Part shown: positions 19,000-28,655 of the stretch, piece by piece
How the letters are laid out: the number at the start of each line of letters is the position of its first letter
Numbering within the stretch: position 1 is the stretch's first letter
Assembly (NCBI GenBank): GCA_016194285.1
Contig: JACQBZ010000035.1
Location: forward strand, 64,385 to 128,384
Source: Nitrospirota bacterium
Lineage (GTDB): Bacteria; Nitrospirota; Nitrospiria; JACQBZ01
Direction: 5' to 3'
Length of the DNA: 64,000 bases
The notes under the pieces: generated by a model
What the model was told of the DNA's origin: nothing
What the model saw: only the letters and a program-made list of their open reading frames with translations
Database searches by the model: none
Program-made: the position numbers and the translations under genes

Positions 19000-20190
19000 C
19001 AGGGCATATTCCCCGCGACCCGCACCCAGCCCCAGCATCGACCGGACCGCCGCTCCGAGAAGACCGTTATTTAAGACCGACCGGATGATCGGACCGTGCC
19101 AATCGAAATGAACCTTCCGCTCGATCAGGGGCATTATGCCCTCGATGCGGGCGAGATCGAAGAGGCGGTCCACCTGCCGATCCGAAAGCTCCGAATAGAA
19201 CTGCCGAAGCAGAATACCCAGCCGCAGCTCGGCTCCGAGCCGGGCCCGCCAGCTCCGGTCATACGGCGCGAGCGCCGCGCGTGAGAAGTCGCCCGCGCGA
19301 TAGGCCCCGATCGCCACCCGGGCCGCCTTCTCGGCGCAGAGCAGGCCGTAGTAGATGCCCCCCTGCGTCGTGGTCTTCACCTGGCCGGCCGCCTCCCCAA
19401 TGACCATCAGGCGGTCCGCGACCGTTTCATCGAGCGTTCCCACCGGAATGGGACAGGCCTGGATATGGATCGCACCGTTGGCGTCCGTCTCCCGTCGCGA
19501 TCGGACCTCCGGCCGATTGAGGATCCGCCGAAGATAATGCGCGGCCAGGCGGTCCGTGACAACCCCGACCCGTGCGAGGCCGTCGCCGATCGGGACCGAC
19601 CAGCCGAAACCCCGGGGGGCGAATCGCGAACCGAAATAAATCCCGGCATGATCCTGATCCCGAAACGGCACCACCGCCTGCGCGCCCTGGATACGATGCC
19701 GGGGCCCCGCGAAACCGCATCGCCGGACCAGACCGGATCCGAAGCCGGTCGCGAGCACGCAGAGCCGCGCGCGCAGTTCGTGCGGCTCGCCGCCGGGACG
19801 CAACTCCAGCCGCACGTCCTCCGTCCCGACGGTGATATTCCGGACCTGGCTGCCGGTCCGGAGTTCGGCCCCGGCCTCAACGGCCCTGCGGGCCAGCGCG
19901 GAATCGAATTTTTTGCGGCAGACGATCATCGCCAGCGGCGAGCCGGTCTGATAGTCGACCTCTTTTCCGGACGGGGAATGAAAACGGAACCGATTGATCC
20001 GGCCGAGGGTCGCCCCGTTGGGGAGGTCGAACCGTTCGAAGGCTTCCCGGCCGATCACGCCGCTGCAGATCACGCCGTCCCCGACCTCGGCGTGCTCTTC
20101 GAGCAGCAGGACGTCCAGCCCCTCCTCCGCCAAACAACGGGCCATGGTGGAACCGGCCGGCCCGGCCCCGACGATCACGACATCGCGCAT
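18997..20190 (-). CDS. FAD-dependent oxidoreductase, geranylgeranyl reductase family
   Basis: MRDVVIVGAGPAGSTMARCLAEEGLDVLLLEE (GxGxxG); GEAAGQVKTTTQGGIYYG, typical of the GGR family. Confidence 0.8.
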   Translation of the reverse strand: MRDVVIVGAGPAGSTMARCLAEEGLDVLLLEEHAEVGDGVICSGVIGREAFERFDLPNGATLGRINRFRFHSPSGKEVDYQTGSPLAMIVCRKKFDSALARRAVEAGAELRTGSQVRNITVGTEDVRLELRPGGEPHELRARLCVLATGFGSGLVRRCGFAGPRHRIQGAQAVVPFRDQDHAGIYFGSRFAPRGFGWSVPIGDGLARVGVVTDRLAAHYLRRILNRPEVRSRRETDANGAIHIQACPIPVGTLDETVADRLMVIGEAAGQVKTTTQGGIYYGLLCAEKAARVAIGAYRAGDFSRAALAPYDRSWRARLGAELRLGILLRQFYSELSDRQVDRLFDLARIEGIMPLIERKVHFDWHGPIIRSVLNNGLLGAAVRSMLGLGAGRGEYAL

Positions 20191-20276
20191 TGGCTCCCTC
20201 CGTTCCGATGGGCCGTTATCTTAACTGTCTATGCGCGCGGCGTCAATCTTTTTGTGATTGTTCATCGAATCTTTTG

Positions 20277-20348
20277 TAGGGGCGATCCGGCGGGTTGCCC
20301 AAATTATCGGTACGATGATTAAAGGGCGAGGCATCGCCCCGCCCCTAC
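20277..20348. repeat. REP-like element, two inverted GTAGGGGCG units around an AT-rich spacer
   Basis: GTAGGGGCGATCCGGCGGGTTGCCC ... GGGCGAGGCATCGCCCCGCCCCTAC. Confidence 0.65.
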
Positions 20349-20416
20349 AGATTCGGCGGCCGCAAGGACAGATCGTCTCGACTGGCTGTAATTTGTAATC
20401 GCCATATCGTCGCTTA

Positions 20417-20833
20417 TTAAGACCGAATGACCTTGACACCCGCCTTTCGCGCGGCCTTGATCAGTCGTCGATCCAAAGTCGCAAGCCCCAGACCTCTGCG
20501 CTGGGCTAGTTCCAAGTAAGCCGCATCATAGGCGGACAAGCCGTACTCTTGCGCCAGGGCATGAAAACGCCACATCACATCGGGGACCAGGTGGGTATCC
20601 GTCTGAATGGGAAGCATACCGTACAGTTCAACCAAGCGCATCCGGTCGGCCTCGGCCAGCCTTTGACGGCGCTGCGCCATCGTCAAGGCGTTCGCCATTT
20701 CATACCACCACAACGCCGGGACCCAAAGAACGCTCTTCCGGGGAACTCCCGCCAGAAACCGATCCGCCTGCTTCGACGTTTCATCGGGAAGCGCCCAGGC
20801 CAGCGCCAGGGAACAGTCGAGTACCCAGTCCAT
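20417..20833 (-). CDS. vapC: Type II toxin VapC (PIN domain)
   Basis: WVLDCSLALAW...E...LSAYDAAYLELAQRRGLGLATLDRRL; conserved acidic residues in PIN spacing; 1-nt overlap with the antitoxin. Confidence 0.85.
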   Translation of the reverse strand: MDWVLDCSLALAWALPDETSKQADRFLAGVPRKSVLWVPALWWYEMANALTMAQRRQRLAEADRMRLVELYGMLPIQTDTHLVPDVMWRFHALAQEYGLSAYDAAYLELAQRRGLGLATLDRRLIKAARKAGVKVIRS

Positions 20834-21087
20834 CAGGTGCGGCGACCCTCCTCGATCAACTTTCGGATTTTAACCCGACCGGGGATCCGCTTGCGGATCT
20901 CACGGAAGGAGGCGATAATCCGAACGAGATCCGATGCTCGCCCCTCCCTTACCGGAGGAACCAATCGCGCCACCGCCTTGCCCCGCCTCCGGATCACGAA
21001 AGACCTCCCCCGTTCCGCCTCCCGGAGCAACTCCGAAAGATGGGTCTTGGCCTCGAACGCACTGACCGCAGACGTTTTACCGCTCAT
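20833..21087 (-). CDS. Type II antitoxin, Phd/YefM family
   Basis: VSAFEAKTHLSELLREAERGRSFVIRRRGKAVARLVP. Confidence 0.82.
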   Translation of the reverse strand: MSGKTSAVSAFEAKTHLSELLREAERGRSFVIRRRGKAVARLVPPVREGRASDLVRIIASFREIRKRIPGRVKIRKLIEEGRRT

Positions 21088-21111
21088 AGGGAATCCTCCT
21101 CAGCTATCTAT

Positions 21112-21146
21112 TAAACCAGTTTAATAAACCAGTAGGATAAAGTCAA
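21112..21146 (-). promoter_or_regulatory. Putative vapBC promoter with direct-repeat operator
   Basis: Minus strand reads TTGACT (21146-21141)-17 nt-TAAACT (21123-21118), with RBS GAGGAGG. Direct repeats ACTGGTTTA x2 (plus strand TAAACCAGT at 21112-21120 and 21125-21133) straddle the -10. Confidence 0.5.
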
Positions 21147-21240
21147 GCCTTCCTGCCCCTTGCCCGCGCCTCCAGCCTCTTCCCTCTAACCTCCAACGCC
21201 TTTCATCATCTCCTCAATCGCCTCCGCCACGAGATCCAGC

Positions 21241-21287
21241 ATCGGACTCTTTTTCCCCTCACGCCTCACCCCTTACTCCTCATGCCT
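21241..21287. repeat. GTNAGG-unit repeat (R1)
   Basis: Plus strand ctttttCCCCTCACGCCTCACCCCTTACTCCTCATGCC equals minus strand GGCATGAGGAGTAAGGGGTGAGGCGTGAGGGGaaaaag. Abuts the sugar-transferase stop. Confidence 0.7.
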
Positions 21288-21947
21288 TTAGACCTTCTTC
21301 CCCCTCGCCTCCCACCGGCCGCGGAACGTGATCCAGAACGAAAGCGCGATCAGCTTAAGATCAAGCCAGAAGCACCGGCGCTCAATATACTCTAAATCAA
21401 AGATGAGTTTATCCGCATCAGGCGCATCATAGGGCCTGTATACCTGAGCGAGACCGGTCAGCCCCGGTTGGATCCGATGTCGTTCGTGATAATTCGGGAT
21501 CTGGTCTATCAAACGTACAATGGCTTCCGGCCGCTCCGGGCGCGGTCCCACGAAGCTCATGTCGCCCTTGAGGATATTCCAGAGTTGGGGCAATTCATCC
21601 GTCGCAGTCGCGCGAAGCACACGGCCTATGCGAGTGACACGCGGATCATTTTCTTTCGCCCAGACAACACCGGTCGTTCGCTCTGCATCTACAATCATTG
21701 ATCGGAATTTGATGGCGTCAAACACCCTGCCGCCCAATCCCACACGCCTCTGGCGGTACAAAACCGGCCCGCCGTCTTCTAGTTTAACAGCCGCTGCTAC
21801 CAGAAGCCACAGGGGTGATGAACAGACCAACCCAACGGCGGATAGTCCTACATCCAGGGCCCGTTTGGCCGGTGAGATGGGTAAAAGTTCAACGGTCGGG
21901 ATACGTTCATCAGCAGACGCAGCAAAACACTTCAGAGGCGCATTCAT
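21288..21947 (-). CDS. Small polyprenyl-phosphate sugar-phosphate transferase (Bac_transf, PglC/WbaP-C-like)
   Basis: KRALDVGLSAVGLV...LYRQRRVG..G..F...KFRSM...DPRVTRIGRVLRATATDELPQLWNILKGDMSFVGPRPERPE. Confidence 0.88.
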   Translation of the reverse strand: MNAPLKCFAASADERIPTVELLPISPAKRALDVGLSAVGLVCSSPLWLLVAAAVKLEDGGPVLYRQRRVGLGGRVFDAIKFRSMIVDAERTTGVVWAKENDPRVTRIGRVLRATATDELPQLWNILKGDMSFVGPRPERPEAIVRLIDQIPNYHERHRIQPGLTGLAQVYRPYDAPDADKLIFDLEYIERRCFWLDLKLIALSFWITFRGRWEARGKKV

Positions 21948-21955
21948 CGCTGGAT

Positions 21956-23842
21956 TTATATCCTACCCTCAACCCTTCGCGTGTGCCCACCGTCCATCTC
22001 CAGGATCAGCGCTCCGAGATAGCGCATGAGGCCTTCGCCATCCTGTAGTGAGATGAGGCGGTCGAGGTCTTTGAGGGCCGAGGCCACCCGGTCGGTCTTC
22101 ACCGGCTCCAAGTGGTGATTGGCCCGAATCTGTTTGATCTTTTCATGCTCCGTAGGCAGAATGTCCTCACCCTCGATGAGGAGTTCCTCATGAAGCTTCT
22201 CGCCGGGCCGGAGCCCGGTGAAAAGCAGCTTGATGTCCCGATCTGACTTCAGGCCCGCAAGCGTGATCAGTTTCCTTGCCAGATCAACAATCTTTACAGG
22301 CTGGCCCATGTCCAGGATAAACGTCTCACCGCCCTTCCCCAGAATTCCGGCCATCAGGACAAGTTCGACCGCTTCGGGAATTGTCATGAAGAACCGGCTC
22401 ACATCCGGATGCGTCACGGTCACCGGTCCACCTTCTGCAATCTGGCGCTGAAACAATGGAACGACGCTGCCGTTGCTCCCCAGGACATTTCCAAACCGGA
22501 CCGCCACGGAAGAGAGCCTACCGTTAAGGGAATTTAAGGTGATCATCTCACCGATGCGCTTCGTCATCCCCATGATGCTTGACGGGCGTACAGCCTTATC
22601 GGTGGAGATGTAGATCATCTTCTGAACCCCGTGTCGATTCGCGGTGTCGGCTACACATTGGGTTCCCAGGACGTTTACCTTTACTGCCTCAATGGGATGG
22701 CGTTCCATCATCGGAACATGTTTGTAGGCCGCGGCGTGGAATAACCAGTGCGGCTTGTGTTGCGCCATGACACGGTCGAGCTTTTGGCCGTCTAAAATAT
22801 CGCCCAGAACAGCATACAGACGTCCGCTCGGAACTTTCTTGTTCAACTCCAATTCGATATCGTAAAGCGCACATTCGTTTCGATCATATAGGATGATGGC
22901 CGCAGGGTTAAAGCTTGCAATCTGGCGAGCCAGTTCCGATCCAATGGACCCGCCGGCACCTGTGATCAAGATACGCTGATCCTTCAACGCCCGATGAAGA
23001 AGGCGTTCATCAATACGGACCGGCTGGCGATTCAGTAGGTCTTCCAAGCGAACCTCCCGTAACTGCTCGACCGCGGCCCGGCCTTCCAAGATGGCGCGCG
23101 TGGCCGGCACGGTCTTGAAGGGAATGCCGGTTGAATTGCAAATATTAAAAATCCGCCCAAACGCATCCGGACTGGCGGAGGGAATGGCAATCACGATCTC
23201 GTCTATGCCGTGGCGATGCACGATCTCGGAAATTTCAGAAGAAACGCCTAAGACCGGGACCCCGTGGATTTGAAGACCATCTTTTCTCGGTTGATCATCG
23301 GCAAAACAGACAGGAAGGTAGCCGAGGCCGGGGTTGTTCAACATCTCCCGACAGATCATCTCACCCGCATCGCCTGCGCCGATGATCAAGGCGCGCCGGA
23401 TGGCGTGGCCGTCTTCGACTCTGAGGGTATGATCGAGGTATTTGAGTGTCAGACGGCTACCCGCAATGAAGACCAGTGAGATGAACCAGTCCATTGCGAC
23501 AACCTGGTAGCGGAGGGGTGTAAAAGCGTAAGCACCAATCACAAGAATCAAAGCGGCCCAAGTCGTTGCCTTGAAGATATTGACAAGGTCGTGGGTCTCA
23601 ACATACCGCCAAGATCCTTTGAACAGCGAGAAACGATAGAACAGGAATAATTTAATAGCAAGGACAAACGGGAGAAACGATAGGGCATCCAACACTCCAT
23701 CGGCGATAGTCCCATAGAAGCCCCGGAGCGTGACGGCACACCCAAAAGAGACGCTGATGAACAGGATATGGATTCCCCAAACGAACCATAGTCGATAGTT
23801 GGAGGTTAATGTCCTAAATCGATGATACAGGTTTATTTTCAA
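21956..23842 (-). CDS. Membrane-bound UDP-HexNAc 4,6-dehydratase (PglF/WbpM/CapD family)
   Basis: 4 TM helices at the N-terminus. ILITGAGGSIGSEL; AAAYKHVPMME; STDKAV.P...G.TKR; RFGNVLGSNGSVVP. Confidence 0.88.
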   Translation of the reverse strand: MKINLYHRFRTLTSNYRLWFVWGIHILFISVSFGCAVTLRGFYGTIADGVLDALSFLPFVLAIKLFLFYRFSLFKGSWRYVETHDLVNIFKATTWAALILVIGAYAFTPLRYQVVAMDWFISLVFIAGSRLTLKYLDHTLRVEDGHAIRRALIIGAGDAGEMICREMLNNPGLGYLPVCFADDQPRKDGLQIHGVPVLGVSSEISEIVHRHGIDEIVIAIPSASPDAFGRIFNICNSTGIPFKTVPATRAILEGRAAVEQLREVRLEDLLNRQPVRIDERLLHRALKDQRILITGAGGSIGSELARQIASFNPAAIILYDRNECALYDIELELNKKVPSGRLYAVLGDILDGQKLDRVMAQHKPHWLFHAAAYKHVPMMERHPIEAVKVNVLGTQCVADTANRHGVQKMIYISTDKAVRPSSIMGMTKRIGEMITLNSLNGRLSSVAVRFGNVLGSNGSVVPLFQRQIAEGGPVTVTHPDVSRFFMTIPEAVELVLMAGILGKGGETFILDMGQPVKIVDLARKLITLAGLKSDRDIKLLFTGLRPGEKLHEELLIEGEDILPTEHEKIKQIRANHHLEPVKTDRVASALKDLDRLISLQDGEGLMRYLGALILEMDGGHTRRVEGRI

Positions 23843-23881
23843 TTTTCCGTCTCGATGAGAGAAACCGGGACAAATATCTCT

Positions 23882-25006
23882 TTATCGCCTCTCTACCAAC
23901 GCTTCTTTCAACCTCTCAACCACATACGCCACTTCTTTTTCAAGTAAACCCGTGTAAAACGGAAGCGCGATGGTTCGTTCAGCAATATGTTCCGCAATCG
24001 GGAAGTCCCCTTCTTTGTATCCAAACGTCTTTCTATAAAATGGCTGTAGATGGATTACGGGCAGATACGCGCTGCATCCTATGCCTTTCTGCCGCAATGA
24101 TCGAATAAACGAATTCCGATCTTTAAGAGTAAAATGATCTCCAAGCCGTACCACATACACAAACCAGCTTATCCTTGAGTCATCCGCCGGCGGCGTGATC
24201 GTCACCTCAGGGACTTCCTTCAGTCGGTCGCCGTACCATTCCGCCACCTGGGCACGTTTCTTTAGGATTTCTTCAATCCTCTCAAGTTGGGCTATTCCGA
24301 GCGCACAGTGGATATCGCTCATTCGATAGTTAAATCCAAGCCGCTCGTGGACCATCCACCCGTTATCGTCTCCGCGACCCTGGTTTCTCATGCTCTTGCA
24401 TAGTCTCGCAAGCGATTCATTATCCGTGACGATGATACCACCTTCCCCGGTTGTAATCTGTTTGTTAGGATAAAAACCAAATGCGGCGCAATCACCGAAT
24501 CTCCCCGTTTTCTTTTTCCGGTATTCGGAACCAAGCGCTTCGCAGGCATCCTCGATCAGCTTGAGTTGATATTGAGCGGCCATACCTTCCAACGGCTCCC
24601 ATTGGCATGGTCGCCCAAATATGTCTACTGCGATCATAGCCTTCGTCCGGGGGGTGATGGCCTGTTCGATGCGGGCGGGATCAATGTTCAAAGTTTTTTC
24701 TTCAATATCCACAAAAACAGGCTTGGCACGTTCATAGAGAATGCAGTTGGCCGAGGCAATAAAGCTGAATGGCGTGGTAATGACCTCATCCCCCGGCCCG
24801 ATTCCAAGGGCCCTCACACAAAGATGGAGGCCGCTTGTCCCGCTGTTGACTGCAATCGCGAACCGAGTCCCGATGTACTCGGCCATTCGCCCTTCAAAAG
24901 CTTGGAGCTTTGGGCCAAGACTTAGATTGGGAGTACGAAGCACTCCTGTTACTGCTTCGATTTCCTTTTCAGTAATATCCGGTCTCGATAATGGGATGTT
25001 CAACAA
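23882..25006 (-). CDS. DegT/DnrJ/EryC1/StrS sugar aminotransferase (PglE-like)
   Basis: AVNSGTSGLHLCVRALGIGPGDEVITTPFSFIAS...FYPNKQITTGEGG...GFNYRMSDIHCALGIAQ. Confidence 0.88.
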   Translation of the reverse strand: MLNIPLSRPDITEKEIEAVTGVLRTPNLSLGPKLQAFEGRMAEYIGTRFAIAVNSGTSGLHLCVRALGIGPGDEVITTPFSFIASANCILYERAKPVFVDIEEKTLNIDPARIEQAITPRTKAMIAVDIFGRPCQWEPLEGMAAQYQLKLIEDACEALGSEYRKKKTGRFGDCAAFGFYPNKQITTGEGGIIVTDNESLARLCKSMRNQGRGDDNGWMVHERLGFNYRMSDIHCALGIAQLERIEEILKKRAQVAEWYGDRLKEVPEVTITPPADDSRISWFVYVVRLGDHFTLKDRNSFIRSLRQKGIGCSAYLPVIHLQPFYRKTFGYKEGDFPIAEHIAERTIALPFYTGLLEKEVAYVVERLKEALVERR

Positions 25007-25020
25007 ATCGATCCCCCGGT

Positions 25021-26277
25021 TTATTTTACGATTGCGTTGTTCAATACCCGGTTATGCCACGTGAGCTTGTTTTTAAACTTTTCGGTCAGATAGCGTTGCC
25101 ATTCTTTCAATTGCTGATTTGCAAGGTGATTGGAATTCCAGAAGTCGTTGCTATATTCATCCGCATGCTCCCAATCCACGGAGCGATACTTGTCCGCATC
25201 GTACATTTGCGTCCCCGGATACGGACACAGGAGTGAAAAACCATATTCGTCCATTTCCAGCTCATCGGCGAACGATTCGGTTAACCGGAGATCATCTTCC
25301 GTCTCGTCCGGCATTCCAATAATAAAGTAACCGCGGACGAGAATACCCGCTTTCTTAGCCCAAGCAACGCAACGCCGAATGGAACGTACCGTCGTACCCT
25401 TCGCAATTTGTTTTAAAACTTTCGGTGAGCCCGATTCGATCCCCACAGCAATCTCGTAACAGTTCGCCTCGGCCATCAGGTTGATCATTTCTTCGGTACA
25501 AATTGTTGCATGCATATTGGGGTAAAAGGGCACTGTAAATTCCCTGCGGATCTTTTCCCGGCAGAACTCGATGACCCAGTCGACGTCGGTATTCCATGTC
25601 GGATCGGAGAATTTCATGAGATCGAGGCGGTACCGCCGCGCTACTTCCTGCATCTCATCCAACAGATCCCCAACAGGCCGGTAACGCATCGGGGCCTTCC
25701 TTGCATTTCCGTAAAGAACCTTAAAGTGCCCATCCAAACAATATTTACACATGAAAGGACAGGCCCGGTGGCTTTGAAAGGACGTGATCCTCTTTTTGTT
25801 ATCATCGTATGCCACCTGGATGTTACGCTCATTCCGTATAAGCTCTCTATTCGGCCAGGGCAGCTCCGTGAATTCCATCGTGCGGCCCTGGATAATCCTC
25901 TCCCTCCTGCCATTGACAATATCGAGCATGGCCGCTTCCCCCTCTCCAACCACCACTTGGTCTATACCATTGACCAGGCAGTCCTGTGGAACGGCTGAAG
26001 GGTGATAGTTTCCCACAACAGTATGAATGCCGGGGTTAAGCTGCTTCAGAGCCCGGGCAATCTTCACTGCATATGGAAATGTAGGTGTCGTGCAGGAGAA
26101 GGCCGCGATATCCGAATCCTGGCAACCAGTGATAATAGTCTCATCATCATCAAAGCAGCCCTGGTAAAATCCTATCTCAACATCCCTCACGCGGGCCTGC
26201 AGATAGGCCCCGATATATCCCAAGCCCAGCGCCTCCCATGAATTGAAATACTTTCCGTGGACCAACGCAACTTTCAC
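25021..26277 (-). CDS. B12-binding-domain radical SAM enzyme
   Basis: N-terminal Rossmann-like B12 domain (KVALVH...LGLGYIGAYL), cluster motif CPFMCKYC (CxxxCxxC), and IESGS in the TIM barrel. Confidence 0.8.
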   Translation of the reverse strand: MKVALVHGKYFNSWEALGLGYIGAYLQARVRDVEIGFYQGCFDDDETIITGCQDSDIAAFSCTTPTFPYAVKIARALKQLNPGIHTVVGNYHPSAVPQDCLVNGIDQVVVGEGEAAMLDIVNGRRERIIQGRTMEFTELPWPNRELIRNERNIQVAYDDNKKRITSFQSHRACPFMCKYCLDGHFKVLYGNARKAPMRYRPVGDLLDEMQEVARRYRLDLMKFSDPTWNTDVDWVIEFCREKIRREFTVPFYPNMHATICTEEMINLMAEANCYEIAVGIESGSPKVLKQIAKGTTVRSIRRCVAWAKKAGILVRGYFIIGMPDETEDDLRLTESFADELEMDEYGFSLLCPYPGTQMYDADKYRSVDWEHADEYSNDFWNSNHLANQQLKEWQRYLTEKFKNKLTWHNRVLNNAIVK

Positions 26278-27335
26278 GAATCACCCCCCTGCTGAACAGC
26301 CTTCCTGTGCTTCGCCTTAGCGCCGCCCGACGGGCTACCCCAACCGCTAAATGCCATTCTTAGCAATCCAACCCACGTTCCAATACCATAGCACACATGA
26401 TAGAGAAAGAATATCACCGGCAGAACCCAGATATACTTTGCGCCCTCTCTGAGAGCAATCTGTAACGAGCTAACTCCAGCGGCGCCACCGTACAAACTAA
26501 CTAAAGATAGAAACGCAAATTCCAAACCGGGTTGCAATGGAGCCAGAAACCCCAATGCTAAGAGAGCTGTTACAAAAATAAACGGGACAAAATGCCTCCA
26601 GCGGAAAGAAGCGGGATTGATTCTGATTGTAACGACATTCCACATCCCCGTTATCAAGGCTTGTTTGAGCAAACCCTTGAGGGTCGCTTGATTATAATAG
26701 GTTACCAGCAACTCAGGCGTGAGATAAATCCTACCGCCTTTATTGATGATCCGACTGCTCAGTTCGTTATCCTGATTACGTACTAAACGCTCATCGAAGA
26801 GCCCAACCTTGTCAAACACCTCCCGCCTGTATGCGCCAAAGGGTACCGTATCCACGCATCCTTCCTCATGAGAGGCTCTAAACTTTGAATTTCCGACGCC
26901 GAACGGATGAGAAGTCGCCAAGGCAATGCTTCGACCCATCAGAGTGTCCGCACCAGGCTCCGTATTTACGGGGCCACCGACTACATCTACATCCATTCTA
27001 TCTAGATATTTCATGCAGGTGGAAACATAATGTGGCGGATACTTCGCATGCGCATCCATTCTGATAATAATTTCGCCCTTCGCGTTTGTGATCCCCGTAT
27101 TGAGCGCCGTTGGCGTAATCTTCCTTGGATTGTCTATGAGTCTGATAAATGCATACCGCTTCACATAGTCATCAATTATCGCCCTCGTTCCATCCTCACT
27201 CATCCCATCCACCACGAGGACTTCGATCCGATCCTTTGGATAGTCGCTCGCAATGATGGATTTGAGACATGTGGAAATGAATTTCTCCTCATTTCGACAT
27301 GGGATGATGATTGTAATGAACGGCAACCTTCTCAT
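26274..27335 (-). CDS. Family 2 glycosyltransferase with C-terminal TM helices
   Basis: ITIIIPCRNEEKFISTCLKSI...VLVVDGMSEDGT...RMDAH (DxD / GT-A). Confidence 0.85.
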   Translation of the reverse strand: MRRLPFITIIIPCRNEEKFISTCLKSIIASDYPKDRIEVLVVDGMSEDGTRAIIDDYVKRYAFIRLIDNPRKITPTALNTGITNAKGEIIIRMDAHAKYPPHYVSTCMKYLDRMDVDVVGGPVNTEPGADTLMGRSIALATSHPFGVGNSKFRASHEEGCVDTVPFGAYRREVFDKVGLFDERLVRNQDNELSSRIINKGGRIYLTPELLVTYYNQATLKGLLKQALITGMWNVVTIRINPASFRWRHFVPFIFVTALLALGFLAPLQPGLEFAFLSLVSLYGGAAGVSSLQIALREGAKYIWVLPVIFFLYHVCYGIGTWVGLLRMAFSGWGSPSGGAKAKHRKAVQQGGDS

Positions 27336-27435
27336 TTTTCTCCAATGTCATCATCTTTCAGTAAATTTACATCCCCATTCCTTATTTTCCATTTTTCACA
27401 AATTACAATCTCGATGCATCAGGGGGTGGTCAGCG

Positions 27436-28542
27436 TTACGTTCCTCCGTACATCGTCCTTGATATACCGACAAATGGTGAAAGGTTTAAACAAATTTGTC
27501 TATAAACTTCTTCAGGCTGTAACTCATTTAAACATTTATAGGCTGGGGTTTGAGAACACTTGAAGTTTATCGTATTGAAGTTATAACGACACGAACATTC
27601 AAATTCTGACCGAATAATATATGACTTAGGGCCGTATGGTCTGGTTTTCTTAATATCAGTGGGACCTACAATACAGAAGGTTGGAACGCACTGAGCCGCA
27701 GCAACATGTATTAATCCTGAGTCATTTCCAACAAAAGCATGGCATAACCCAATTAACGCCGCCGATACCATCAAGTCCGTGTCAACAATCTTTATTATTT
27801 TTACAGATTCGTTCACCCCAGAAAGGATATTACTGATCAAATCATTTTCATTACGATCCCCAAAAACAAGCATAGAAGTATTTTGGTCAGATGCAAGCAT
27901 ATTTATCAATGTACTATAGTATCGAGCAGGCCATCGCTTCCATTTTTGTGAGGCGTTTGAACCAGGATGAAATCCGATTATCCTATGCTCACTCTTATAA
28001 CCTTGGGCCGCAAGGTATTGTTTCGCAATTCTTTGTAAATTATCAGGAATGAATACCGCCAAAGTTGAATTGGCATGGCTAGTTGCCCCGAGAGAGCATA
28101 TAATATTTAAATTCTGCTCTACATTGTGCAATTCATCATTTGGCTTCAGTAAATGCGTATACAGAAGCCCTCCTAAACCTCTCAGCAGAGGCATATCAAA
28201 ACCAATGCGAGTTTTTGCCCCTGAAATAAATGCCCATAATGCACTTCGTAATCCCCCGGGATACATCACAATGGCCACATCAAAGCGCATCCGACGCAAC
28301 ACCATGATAAATTCAACCAACCCCCTAAATGATTTAATGCCACGATCATAGGTTATTATTTCCGTAATATCGGGATTATTCAATAAAATCTCATGAGCTC
28401 CGTTTGAAAGCACCATCATGTATATATCGGATTCTGGAAAAGTATCTTTCAACACCTTCAGGGTCGGGGTAAACATCAAAACGTTCCCAATCCCCCCACG
28501 CGCGACAACCAAAATTTTATGCAAATTAAATTCCATGGGCAA
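27436..28542 (-). CDS. Family 9 glycosyltransferase (heptosyltransferase-like)
   Basis: ILVVARGGIGNVLMFTPTLKVLKDTFP ... FVGNDSGLIHVAAAQCVPTFCIVGPTD. Confidence 0.8.
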   Translation of the reverse strand: MPMEFNLHKILVVARGGIGNVLMFTPTLKVLKDTFPESDIYMMVLSNGAHEILLNNPDITEIITYDRGIKSFRGLVEFIMVLRRMRFDVAIVMYPGGLRSALWAFISGAKTRIGFDMPLLRGLGGLLYTHLLKPNDELHNVEQNLNIICSLGATSHANSTLAVFIPDNLQRIAKQYLAAQGYKSEHRIIGFHPGSNASQKWKRWPARYYSTLINMLASDQNTSMLVFGDRNENDLISNILSGVNESVKIIKIVDTDLMVSAALIGLCHAFVGNDSGLIHVAAAQCVPTFCIVGPTDIKKTRPYGPKSYIIRSEFECSCRYNFNTINFKCSQTPAYKCLNELQPEEVYRQICLNLSPFVGISRTMYGGT

Positions 28543-28655
28543 TTTATCTTTCTCTTAATTACTCTATAGCCTAGCCCCCCGCAGCTTATGCCCCCGCGGA
28601 AAATAATGAAGAGTATTTTCACTTGTAACTCTGCCATGTAATTTCCAGATTATCT

